DNA from: an uncultured delta proteobacterium
GTDB lineage: Bacteria > Myxococcota > Kuafuiibacteriia > Kuafuiibacteriales > Kuafuiibacteriaceae
Length of the DNA: 64,000 bases
Direction: 5' to 3'
Assembly (NCBI GenBank): GCA_963803435.1
Contig: CAWDML010000007.1
Location: 535,167 to 599,166 of the forward strand
The notes under the pieces were generated by a model. That model did not search any database, had not been told where the DNA came from, and saw nothing but the letters and a program-made list of their open reading frames with translations. Positions 15,395 to 24,536 of the stretch are shown in pieces. A program made the position numbers and the translations under genes. Positions within the stretch are counted from its first letter, which is position 1. Each line of letters opens with the position of its first letter.

Positions 15395-16119
15395 CCACCG
15401 AGAAGAACTACACCCCCTCCGAGCTGGAGCGCTATCTGGTCGGCGAGCTCGACGACGCCCGAAGGGCCGCGATCGAACAGGCGGCAGCGGAGGATCCGGA
15501 GTTGAAGACGTGGATCGATCAGAGGCGGGCGGAGCAGCACGCGTTCCTGGTCGATCCGCGGCGGAAGACCTTCGCGAAGCTGCTGGCGGAGGCGAACGAG
15601 CCCAAGGTTCGCGTGCGCTGGTGGACGGGGCTCTCGGTGGTGGCGGTGGCCGCGGCGGCGGCGATCCTGTTCGTACGACCGCCGGCGGAGCAACCCACCG
15701 GGGTCCGGACCAAGGGCGGCATGTCGCTGCAGGCGGCGGTGCTCGACGGCGACCAGCTCCAGCTCTTCGAGGGCGAGCGCCTCCATCCCGGCAGCCGCCT
15801 GCGGCTCTCCGTCGACGATCCCCGGGGCGGCTTCGTGACGGTGATCCTCGAGGAGGCCTCCGGCGGGATCTCGGTGCTGTACGGCCCCGACGAGCTGGGC
15901 CGGCTGGGCCCGGGGACGCACCGGCTCCCCGGCAGCCTCGAGCTCGACGGCACGCTCGGGCGCGAGCGGCTCTACGTGCTCATGTCGGACGACCAGCCGA
16001 AGGTCGACGTCTGGGTGAAGGAGCTCGAATCGGCCCACCGTAAGACGGGCTTTCTTCACGGCTGGTTGCCCGAGGGGACGACGCGCGTCTCGACGCTGGA
16101 GTACGAGAAGATCGAGTGA
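15391..16119 (+). CDS. Anti-sigma factor-like TM protein with DUF4384-like periplasmic domain
   Basis: ATGA overlap with sigma; LERYLVGEL N-terminus, TM, RTKG, LPGSLELDGTLGRE. Confidence 0.7.
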   Translation: MTTEKNYTPSELERYLVGELDDARRAAIEQAAAEDPELKTWIDQRRAEQHAFLVDPRRKTFAKLLAEANEPKVRVRWWTGLSVVAVAAAAAILFVRPPAEQPTGVRTKGGMSLQAAVLDGDQLQLFEGERLHPGSRLRLSVDDPRGGFVTVILEEASGGISVLYGPDELGRLGPGTHRLPGSLELDGTLGRERLYVLMSDDQPKVDVWVKELESAHRKTGFLHGWLPEGTTRVSTLEYEKIE

Positions 16120-17705
16120 TCCGCGCCGGCGTCATCGCGCTCGTCTTCGTGCTGCTCCAGCTCCCAGCCGGGGCTCGGGCCGACACGCGCTTCGCCCTGA
16201 TCGTCGGCAACAACCTCGGCGACATCCACGAGACCCCGCTGCGCTGGGCCGAGAGCGACGCCACGCGCGTCGAGCGGGTGCTCTCCGAGATCGGCGACGT
16301 CAGCACCGACCGCACCACGCTCCTCCTCTCGCCCACGATCGCCGACTTCGAGAAGGCGCGACTGACGATGGAGGGCCGGCTCCTCGAGGCCAAGCACCGC
16401 GGCGAGCGCACGATCTTCATCTTCTACTTCTCCGGGCACGCCGATCAGGACGAGCTCCACTTCGGTTCGGAGAAGCTGCCTCTGGCCAAGCTGGAGGCGG
16501 ACCTCAAGGCGAGCGCCGCCACCACGGTCTTGAACGTGATCGACGCCTGCCGCAACAATCGCAACCCGCGCATGCTGGCGAAGGGCGCCACGCGCGCGCC
16601 CGCGTTCAGCTGGCCCAGCGAGGGCCCGTCGGCGCCCGAGGGCTACGTGCGCCTGACCTCGGCGGCCGAGGGCGAGGTGGCGCAGGAGTCCGACGACGTC
16701 CAGGGATCGCTGTTCACCCACCACCTCCTCTCGGGCATGCGGGGCAGCGCCAACTATGATCACGACGGCACCGTCACGCTCCACGAGCTCTACGTCTACG
16801 GCTACTCGCGCACGCTCGAGGACACGCACCTCCGTACCACCGCGGTGCAGCACAGCGAGCTCTCCGAGGCGCTCTCCGGCCGCGGCGCGCTGATCGTGAC
16901 CTACCCGCGCCGCGCGATCTCGACGATCGAGTTCGGCCCCGACGTCCAGGGCCACCTCCTGATCATCGACGACGCCAGCGGCCGCATCGTCGCCGAGGTG
17001 CTCCGGGACGGCCCGCAGCCCACCCGCCTGGCGGTGCCTCCGGGCAAGTATCGGATCCAGCTGCGCGGCGAGGATCAGATCCGGAGCGGCCTGGTCTCGC
17101 TCGGCAGCGGCAACCGCACGGTCGCCGTGGGAGAGCTGTCGGTGCAGCCGGTGATCGCGGTGCTGGAGAAGGGCTCGGCCTACGATCCCCATCCGTTCGT
17201 CCTGAGCGCCGGCAGCGCCGTGGGGACCGCGCTGGTCGACGGGTTCGGGGTCGCGCCGGGCCTGGCCCTCGGCTTCGACTACCGCCTCACCTCGGCCTTC
17301 CGCGTCGGGTTCCGGATCGAGGCCGCCTACGCGCGCGCGGACAACGAGCTCTGGCGCTACCGGCAGGTGGAGCTGGGCGCCGCCTTCGCGCTCGACTGGG
17401 CGGGCTTCTTCGCGGAGCGGGCCGCCTTCATCATCGGGCTGCGCGGGGGCGTCGCGGGCGTGGTCCAGGGCGGCAATCGCAAGGACGCCGACCGGCTCCG
17501 CGCCGGACAAATCGACGGGACCACCAGCTCGGATCGGACCTTCGGGCCCAAGCTGGGCGCCGTCGTCGGGTTCGAGTACCACCCCTTCGCGCAGGTCGGC
17601 GTGCGCTTGGAGGGCGAACCATCCGTCTGGTGGCTGCCCACCGACGGCGCGAGCTCGGCGCGCTTCGGGATCACCGGAACACTGTCCCTGTTGGTGCGGA
17701 TATGA
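16116..17705 (+). CDS. Exported caspase-like (C14) peptidase with C-terminal beta-barrel-like domain
   Basis: RFALIVGNN, FYFSGH (His), IDACR (Cys), AQES, SLFTHHLLSG; alternating beta strands at C-terminus. Confidence 0.85.
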   Translation: MIRAGVIALVFVLLQLPAGARADTRFALIVGNNLGDIHETPLRWAESDATRVERVLSEIGDVSTDRTTLLLSPTIADFEKARLTMEGRLLEAKHRGERTIFIFYFSGHADQDELHFGSEKLPLAKLEADLKASAATTVLNVIDACRNNRNPRMLAKGATRAPAFSWPSEGPSAPEGYVRLTSAAEGEVAQESDDVQGSLFTHHLLSGMRGSANYDHDGTVTLHELYVYGYSRTLEDTHLRTTAVQHSELSEALSGRGALIVTYPRRAISTIEFGPDVQGHLLIIDDASGRIVAEVLRDGPQPTRLAVPPGKYRIQLRGEDQIRSGLVSLGSGNRTVAVGELSVQPVIAVLEKGSAYDPHPFVLSAGSAVGTALVDGFGVAPGLALGFDYRLTSAFRVGFRIEAAYARADNELWRYRQVELGAAFALDWAGFFAERAAFIIGLRGGVAGVVQGGNRKDADRLRAGQIDGTTSSDRTFGPKLGAVVGFEYHPFAQVGVRLEGEPSVWWLPTDGASSARFGITGTLSLLVRI

Positions 17706-18586
17706 GAGCGGCCTGGCTCTTCATCTTGATCCTGACCGGCTGCGGCGACGTCCGCTCCAGCGGCAACCTCGGCAATCCCATCTGGGTCATGCACGGCGAC
17801 CTTCAGGGCGTCGCGCTCGGCCGGCCCGAGGGCGAGCACCGGGCGCTCTTCGGCTGGCTCTCGTTCGGCGAGGGCGACCTCTTCGACTGCCTCGAGCAGA
17901 CCAGCTTCCTCCTCTGCGGCCTGCGGACCAGCTACCAGTACCAGCTCCAGCTCGAAGACGCCGAGGTGCTCCCGGTCTTCCCGAACGGGCTCGACGTCCC
18001 CTTCTATCGGCTGCCCCGGGAGGACGAGCTCCTCTCCCGCGACGGCGCCGTGATGGCCGTCGGCGGCATCGGGATCTACGACGACCGCAACCTCAACGGC
18101 GAGCTCGATCCGATCACCTCGTCCGACCCGATCGATCGCGTGGTCGCCGAGTCGGTCACGCCCCCCAACGTCCGAAGCCTGGCGATCTATCGCGAAGGCC
18201 CGATCCACCCCGTCTGGTTCCCCTTCCGCGACGCCTACGGTTGCCCGGATCCTCCGCTCGGCTTCTCCGTGGGCCGCGTCGACGTGGATGCGGAGGGCAA
18301 GCTCGCCTGCAACGTGTCGCGATCGACGCGCCTGCTGGTCACCGCCAGCAACGACGATCAGACGGCGCGGATCCGCTGCGGCTTCGGCACCGGACCGCTC
18401 AACGCGGTGGTGAAGTCGACGGACCCGATGCCGCTGCCCGACAACGCGGTCGTCGATTGCCTGGGACCGAACCGGATGGAGTTCTACCTGGACCAGGGGA
18501 GCTTCTGCGATCAGTTCGACACCAGCACCTACGTGCTGAAGGGGCCCCAGATCGAGGATCCGCCCGCATGGTGGCCGTGCAAGTGA
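17702..18586 (+). CDS. Cys-rich lipoprotein
   Basis: ATGA overlap; lipobox LTGC; DDRNLNGELD motif. Confidence 0.7.
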   Translation: MRAAWLFILILTGCGDVRSSGNLGNPIWVMHGDLQGVALGRPEGEHRALFGWLSFGEGDLFDCLEQTSFLLCGLRTSYQYQLQLEDAEVLPVFPNGLDVPFYRLPREDELLSRDGAVMAVGGIGIYDDRNLNGELDPITSSDPIDRVVAESVTPPNVRSLAIYREGPIHPVWFPFRDAYGCPDPPLGFSVGRVDVDAEGKLACNVSRSTRLLVTASNDDQTARIRCGFGTGPLNAVVKSTDPMPLPDNAVVDCLGPNRMEFYLDQGSFCDQFDTSTYVLKGPQIEDPPAWWPCK

Positions 18587-18690
18587 AGACGCCGAGCGAG
18601 AGAATTCACGCCCGTCGATGGTCTGTGACTCCGAGGTGACACCGTGCGGCCGGTGCGCCTTCCCGTTGCCAACGCACCGCGCCGGCCGCT

Positions 18691-20082
18691 ATGGCCGCGG
18701 GGTTGCGTTCGCTCCTCTGCACGCTGGCCCTCTTGGGTCTGGCCGGTTGCGGTCCAGGCTCGGATCGCGACGCGCGCGCCGCCTGGCTGCAGACCACGCT
18801 GATCGCCGACAACCTGGATCTCCTCGAGCGCGACCCGGATCTGGTCGCCGAGAAGCTCGCGAAGATGTCGACCGGTCCCTACGCGTTCTTTCGCGCCACG
18901 GCCGGGCAGTTCGTCCGCGACCAGGCGCTCGTGCGGTTCGCGCCCGTCGAGGATGATGCCGGCGCGGCCAGCGCGGCCGTGATGCTGATCGGCGATCCGC
19001 ACCTCGAGAACATCGGCTCGTTCCGGTCGAGCGACGGGCGGGTCACGCTCGACTTCAACGACTTCGACGCCGCCCGCTTCGGGCCGTGGCACTTCGACCT
19101 GCGGCGGCTGGCCCTCGCTTTCTACGCGCTGGCGCTGGAGGACGACGGTCTGTCGGAGCTCGTCGAGCGCACGACGTCGGCGCTGGCGGGCGGATACGCC
19201 GAGGAGATCGCGGCCCTCGACGGCGGCGCGCCCCGATCCCCGATCGTCCGCGGGTCCGGAGCCGGCGCCATCGTGGAGGACGTCTTCCGGCGCGCGCAGC
19301 GGGACGGCGCCGCGGACGCGCCCCTCGACGAGTATGCGCCGGAGCGGACGGCGCTGGCGCGCGGCGTGATCCAGCCGCGCCTCGACCAGCGATTCCGCGA
19401 GGACGAGCTCGCCGACGTCTCGCAAGAGGAGCGGTCGCTGATCGAGCACCTCCTGGCCGGATACTCGCCGGAGCTGTCGGCCGGTGTCCTCGACGTGGCG
19501 CGCCAGCTCGGTCAGGGCGTCGCGAGCTATCCACTGCTCCGCTACCTGGTGCTGCTGGCGCCCGAGAACGCCGGCCAACTCCTCTTCGAGCTCAAGGAGG
19601 AGCGCGATGCGTTCGACCTCCGCGCGCCCCAGTTTCCGCCGCGCGCCTTCGAGCACAACGCCGAGCGCACAATCGTGATCGAGCGGCGTCTCTCGACCGC
19701 CAATCCGGATCCCCTGACCGGGTTCGCCGCGGCGGGTGCGTTCAGCTTCCGCGGGCGGCGGGTCGACGGTTATCAGAAGAGCGTGCGGACGGCGCGCATC
19801 GAGGAGCTCCTCGCCTCCGGCGAATTCTCCACCGGCGACGTGGTCGCGTTCGCCCGAACCGCCGGCCGTCTGCTCGCCGCCTCCCACGCCGGTGGGACCA
19901 CCGCCGGAGGACAGCCCGCGCTGCCGGCGATCGCCGCCGCCATCGACGGAGGAAGCGACGCGCTCGCCGCCGAGCTCGACGCGTTCATCGCCGCGTACGG
20001 GCCGCGCTTCGCGCTGGACTACCAGCTCTATCTCGAGCTCCTCGATCGGGAGGGCCCGCGCCTCGGGTTCCGCGGCCGATGA
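18691..20082 (+). CDS. DUF2252 kinase-like protein carrying a lipoprotein signal
   Basis: LAGC lipobox; PYAFFRAT, GDPHLENIG, DFNDFD, FDLRRL, LFELKE. Confidence 0.8.
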   Translation: MAAGLRSLLCTLALLGLAGCGPGSDRDARAAWLQTTLIADNLDLLERDPDLVAEKLAKMSTGPYAFFRATAGQFVRDQALVRFAPVEDDAGAASAAVMLIGDPHLENIGSFRSSDGRVTLDFNDFDAARFGPWHFDLRRLALAFYALALEDDGLSELVERTTSALAGGYAEEIAALDGGAPRSPIVRGSGAGAIVEDVFRRAQRDGAADAPLDEYAPERTALARGVIQPRLDQRFREDELADVSQEERSLIEHLLAGYSPELSAGVLDVARQLGQGVASYPLLRYLVLLAPENAGQLLFELKEERDAFDLRAPQFPPRAFEHNAERTIVIERRLSTANPDPLTGFAAAGAFSFRGRRVDGYQKSVRTARIEELLASGEFSTGDVVAFARTAGRLLAASHAGGTTAGGQPALPAIAAAIDGGSDALAAELDAFIAAYGPRFALDYQLYLELLDREGPRLGFRGR

Positions 20083-21224
20083 GAGCGACGATCACCGTCT
20101 CCTTCTCGGTCCTGGCGACGGGGTTCGCGCCCTCCGCCCTCGCCTACGCACCGCCGCTGGTGTCCCCCGCGGGCGGCTGTGAGCGCGCCTCGGATCGCCC
20201 GCGGGAGGACGCGCTCGCACTGATCGCTTTCGGAGAGCTCGACGCCGCCGGCAATCTCGCGTTCGGCGGCGGACAGTCCTTCGACGAGCTCCGCCTCGAT
20301 CGCACCGAGGTGGGCGGCTGCGCGCTCTTCCCGAGCTACGGTGGGATCGTCGCCGACATCGAGGCGATCCGATCCGCCGATCCGGAGAGCCTGTTCGGCA
20401 TCGCCGGCGACTCGCTGGTGCTGCGCCTCAAGTACGCGTTCGCGTTCGTCCGCGTGGAGCCCGGCTACGGCATCCTCCAGCTCGAGGGCGGTCTGATCCC
20501 GGATCTCTGGGTCCGAACGATCGAGGAGCGGTACGACCTGCGGGGCGTGACGCGCCTGCTGGTGGAGCGCGCCGAGCTCTTCGACGTCAGCGACCTGGGC
20601 GCATCGCTCCTCTACGCCTTCTTCGACGACCGCTTCCGCGTCCGCGCCGCGATTACGAACGGTGAGGGTCTCGCGCAGATCGAGCAGAACAAGGGCAAGG
20701 ATCTGACGTTCGTCGGGAGCGCCGACGTGCTGCACTTCGACCTGCTCGACGCGCCCGCGACGCTCGCGATCCACGGCGGTTATCGTGACGGATCGATCGG
20801 CGCAGGGAGCGGCCGCAACCACCGTGCCTTCGGGGCCGTCACGTTCGATCATCCGCGCTTCTACGCCACCGCCGAGTACACCGAGGCCTTCGGCTTCCGC
20901 GATCGCCCGGAGCTTCGCGCACGTGCCGTGGGCGCCGCCGTCAGCGCCTCCCTGATCGTCCCCTACCTCGGCGTCTTCGGCCGGTTCGACGCCCTCGATC
21001 CGGATCTCTCCCAAGCCGACGACGACGAGCTCACCGTCGAGGGCGGGTTGCTCTTCGACCTCTTCCCCGGCGGGCCCGGCGCCGCCTACCGCTTGCGCCT
21101 GTACCTCGGCTACCGCCGAAACTTCCTCGGCCAGGCCGCCGGGCCGATCCCGGGCGCGCCCGACGCCGCCGAGCTCAACCACGTCTTCGCCAGCCTCGAG
21201 GCCTCGATCTTCGCACGCCCGTGA
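20079..21224 (+). CDS. Putative outer-membrane beta-barrel/porin
   Basis: ATGA overlap; signal peptide; LKYAF, DLGA, ITNGEG...EQNKGKD, amphipathic strands. Confidence 0.6.
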   Translation: MRATITVSFSVLATGFAPSALAYAPPLVSPAGGCERASDRPREDALALIAFGELDAAGNLAFGGGQSFDELRLDRTEVGGCALFPSYGGIVADIEAIRSADPESLFGIAGDSLVLRLKYAFAFVRVEPGYGILQLEGGLIPDLWVRTIEERYDLRGVTRLLVERAELFDVSDLGASLLYAFFDDRFRVRAAITNGEGLAQIEQNKGKDLTFVGSADVLHFDLLDAPATLAIHGGYRDGSIGAGSGRNHRAFGAVTFDHPRFYATAEYTEAFGFRDRPELRARAVGAAVSASLIVPYLGVFGRFDALDPDLSQADDDELTVEGGLLFDLFPGGPGAAYRLRLYLGYRRNFLGQAAGPIPGAPDAAELNHVFASLEASIFARP

Positions 21225-21231
21225 AGGAGGA

Positions 21232-22680
21232 ATGATGCGATCGACCCTGCTACCGCTCTTCATCTTCGGCGCGTCGTGCAGCGGCGCCGCCCCGCTCACG
21301 CCCGACGCCGGCACCCGCGCCGACGCCGGAGCCGACGCGGGGGTCATCGACGGCGGGAGCCCGTACGCCCTCCCCGGCCTGGTCCTCAACGAGATCGCCG
21401 CCGACGGGGTGCCGAACGACTGGTTCGAGCTCTACAACGCCGGCGACCGCGAGCTCGATCTCACCGGCGCCACCTTCACCGACGACCTCGCGGATCCGGG
21501 CAAGGGCCTCTTCGCCTCGGGCACCAAGATCGCCCCCGGCGAGTACTATGTCCGCTATCTCGACGACACCGATCCCGGGTTCAAGCTCAGCGGCGAAGAG
21601 GAGGTCGGCATCTTCGACGCCACCGGTGCGCTGGTCGACAGCGTGCAATGGGCGCTCGGCGACTCTCCGGCAGGCAAGTCGTTCGGGCGCCTCCCGGACA
21701 TCACCGGCCCTTTCACCACGCTCGACATTCCCACGCCCGGCGCCGCCAACCGTTCGGGCGCCGGCTGCGGCGACGGCCTGGTCGAGTCGCCGGAGGTCTG
21801 CGACGGCGCCGATCTCGGCGGTCGCACCTGCGAGAGCCTCGGCTTCACGGGCGGCGCGCTCGCGTGCGCCCCCGGCTGCGCCGACTTCGATCGCTCCAAC
21901 TGCACCACGCCGGAGGTCGCGGTAGCCATCAACGAGGTCTCGTCCTCCGGCGACGATCCGATCGAGCTCTTCGGGATCGCACCCTCGGTCGATCTATCCG
22001 GCTGGTACCTCGTCGACGGCGGGTATGATCCGAACATCCCGAACGGCGACCACCGCTACGACTTCGGCGCGACGCAGATCGCCGCAGGCGAACGCCTCGT
22101 CCTCCATAAGGGGATCGATCACGCCTTCGGCCTCGGCGACGCCGACTCGGTCTCCCTGTACGATGCCGGCGACCTGCTGCGCGATCGTGTGGAGTGGACC
22201 GCCGGCACCGCGACCGTCTCGTATTGCCGCATCCCTGACGGGACCGGTCCCTTCGTGGGCTGTGAGGCCACCTTTGGAGCGGCCAATTCGAGGGCGGCCC
22301 AGGTGGTGATCAACGAAGTGACTTCGGAGGGCGACGATCGGATCGAGTTGAAGAACCTCGGCGCGGTCACGATCGATCTCGCGGGTTGGTCCGTCGCCGA
22401 CGACGGATATGACCCGCTCGATCCCACCACCGCCGATCACCTCTTCACGGTCGCCGCCTCCACGGTGGCGGCGGACGCCTACCTGGTCCTGGTCAAGGGC
22501 GTCGACCACGCCTTCGGCCTCGGTGGCATGGACGGCGTACGCCTGTTCGACCCCTCCGGGACGCTGGTGGACTCGGTCGACTGGCCGGACGCCGCCGCCA
22601 TTCCCTCGTACTGCCGGATCCCCGACGGCACCGGCGCCTTCACCACCTGCGCGGTCGCCACCTTCGGCGGAGCCAACTGA
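21232..22680 (+). CDS. Lamin-tail-domain (LTD) x3 lipoprotein with myxobacterial Cys-rich repeat
   Basis: Three xxNEx..D.xEL units with SYCRIPDG/SFGRLPD and TPGAAN/TFGAAN; CGDGLVESPEVCDG. Confidence 0.8.
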   Translation: MMRSTLLPLFIFGASCSGAAPLTPDAGTRADAGADAGVIDGGSPYALPGLVLNEIAADGVPNDWFELYNAGDRELDLTGATFTDDLADPGKGLFASGTKIAPGEYYVRYLDDTDPGFKLSGEEEVGIFDATGALVDSVQWALGDSPAGKSFGRLPDITGPFTTLDIPTPGAANRSGAGCGDGLVESPEVCDGADLGGRTCESLGFTGGALACAPGCADFDRSNCTTPEVAVAINEVSSSGDDPIELFGIAPSVDLSGWYLVDGGYDPNIPNGDHRYDFGATQIAAGERLVLHKGIDHAFGLGDADSVSLYDAGDLLRDRVEWTAGTATVSYCRIPDGTGPFVGCEATFGAANSRAAQVVINEVTSEGDDRIELKNLGAVTIDLAGWSVADDGYDPLDPTTADHLFTVAASTVAADAYLVLVKGVDHAFGLGGMDGVRLFDPSGTLVDSVDWPDAAAIPSYCRIPDGTGAFTTCAVATFGGAN

Positions 22681-23411
22681 TGGCGCCGCTGCTCGCGCTC
22701 CTCCTGATCGCGGCGCCCGAGGAGCTCCTCCACATGCGGGACCTCGAGCGCGCGATCGTTCCCGGGACGCTCGTCGTCTTCGACGTCGACAACACGCTGA
22801 TCGAACCCAAGCAGATGCTCGGCTCCGATCAGTGGTTCTACGCGCTCGTCGAGCAGATCGGGGCGGACGAGCATCTCGACGAGGACCGCGCCGTCGATCG
22901 CGCGATGAAGATCTGGAACGCGGTCCAGGCCGACATCGAGGTCCGCGCGGTCGAGGCCGATACGCCCGCGCTCATCCGCGCCCTGGCGCGCCGGCACGTC
23001 CCGATGCTCGCGCTCACCGCGCGCACCTTCGACGTTGCCGACGTCACCACCCGCCAGCTCCGATCGGTCGGCATCGACTTTGCGAAGACCGCGATCGCCC
23101 CCGACCTGGAGCTGAGCTCCGCCTCGAGCGCACGGCTGATCGACGGCATCGGGTACGTCGGTGAGAAGAGCTCCAAGGGTCAGGTGTTGGTCGAGATCCT
23201 CCGGCGGACGGGGCTTCGACCGCAGCGGGTCGTCTTCGTCGACGACAAGGCCAAGCACGCCACCAGCGTGTCCGAGGCCCTCTCGGTGGCGGCGATCCCG
23301 TTTCGCGCATTCCGCTACGGCGGAGCGGATCGGGAGGTGGAAGCGTTCCAGCGGGACGTCGCGGCGGTCGAGTATCGCGAGTGGACGGCCAGAGCCCACG
23401 CTCGGCCCTGA
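22680..23411 (+). CDS. Secreted HAD-superfamily (DUF2608-like) phosphatase
   Basis: VFDVDNTL (motif I), LTAR, SKG, VFVDDK. Confidence 0.75.
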   Translation: MAPLLALLLIAAPEELLHMRDLERAIVPGTLVVFDVDNTLIEPKQMLGSDQWFYALVEQIGADEHLDEDRAVDRAMKIWNAVQADIEVRAVEADTPALIRALARRHVPMLALTARTFDVADVTTRQLRSVGIDFAKTAIAPDLELSSASSARLIDGIGYVGEKSSKGQVLVEILRRTGLRPQRVVFVDDKAKHATSVSEALSVAAIPFRAFRYGGADREVEAFQRDVAAVEYREWTARAHARP

Positions 23412-23504
23412 GGCCGAAAGACGCACACCGGGGCGGTGCGCACCACGAGGTGAACCCGGCGGGCACATCGATCGTTGGCGCGGCACGTGAAATGATCGAG
23501 GAAC

Positions 23505-23957
23505 GTGAAGCTCTTCGCCCCTCTGGTCCTCGTGTCGCTGCTCGGTTGTCAGGGCGGTGCCGGGTGGCTGGACGGCGTGGGGTTCGAGGTCGGCGACGCC
23601 GTGTTCGAGCGCGCGATGGTCTTCGACGGAACGCGCCACCTCACCAAGATCTTGGTGTCCGACGCCTCTGATCTGTGCGGGCGACTCTCCGACGGCGGGA
23701 CGCTCGCAGGACACTCGGAGCTCGCGATCAGGCGCTGGGAGAGCGGGACCGTCCAGGTCGAGCTTCGCAGCTACGCGTCCGACTGCGCGGTGGTGGAGAA
23801 GGAGCTCGCGTCGCAAGGTTGGGTCGACGACAACTCGAGCGATCCGTATCAAGCGGACTTCGACGTGGTGTTCCGGACCAAGGCGCGCAGCGTCTCGGGT
23901 CGTCTGTCGGCCGACTTCTGTCCGCTCCCGGACGACGCTCGGATCGGCTGCGACTGA
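23505..23957 (+). CDS. Hypothetical lipoprotein
   Basis: Lipobox LLGC; GAGGA RBS. Confidence 0.6.
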   Translation: MKLFAPLVLVSLLGCQGGAGWLDGVGFEVGDAVFERAMVFDGTRHLTKILVSDASDLCGRLSDGGTLAGHSELAIRRWESGTVQVELRSYASDCAVVEKELASQGWVDDNSSDPYQADFDVVFRTKARSVSGRLSADFCPLPDDARIGCD

Positions 23958-24170
23958 GCGGATCCCGTCCTTTTTGCGCAACTTCGTATTCTCGCGCGCG
24001 CGAAGAGTGCGAAGCCTGGGTCAATCTCGCACGGTATGCGATCGAAGAAGGTCTTCTCCGGGCCCTGGGTCGTCGACTTGGCGAAGAAAGTGTGAATACC
24101 GTGCGCGCGAGCTTCGTCTACGGCCCCACATGTGTAGGGGCAGGAAGCTCCTTGGAACCGGAGGATAAAG

Positions 24171-24530
24171 ATGAGGAAGTTCGTATGTGCGCTGTCGTTC
24201 GTCGCCCTGGCGATGATCGGTTGCAAGAAGGAAAGCGGCGAAGCGATGCCCGCGACCGGTCAGGCCAAGAAGGAGATGGCGGCCGAGCCCATGGAGAAGG
24301 GCGGCAGTGGCGGTGAGATTGGCGTCGCCGAGTGTGACGACTACGTCGCCAAGATGCGAGCCTGCCTCGACAAGATGCCGGCCGAGGCCAAGCAGGCCAG
24401 CCAGAGCGGGTTCGAGCAGAGCATCAACGCCTGGAAGCAGGCCGCCTCGACCGAGGCCGGGAAGCAGGGCTTGGCGACGGCGTGCAAGTCGGCGCTCGAC
24501 GCCATCGCGCAGAACCCAATGTGTAAATAG
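24171..24530 (+). CDS. Small Cys-containing lipoprotein
   Basis: MIGC lipobox; IGVAECDDYVAKMRAC; GGAGG RBS. Confidence 0.75.
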   Translation: MRKFVCALSFVALAMIGCKKESGEAMPATGQAKKEMAAEPMEKGGSGGEIGVAECDDYVAKMRACLDKMPAEAKQASQSGFEQSINAWKQAASTEAGKQGLATACKSALDAIAQNPMCK

Positions 24531-24536
24531 CCCCGA

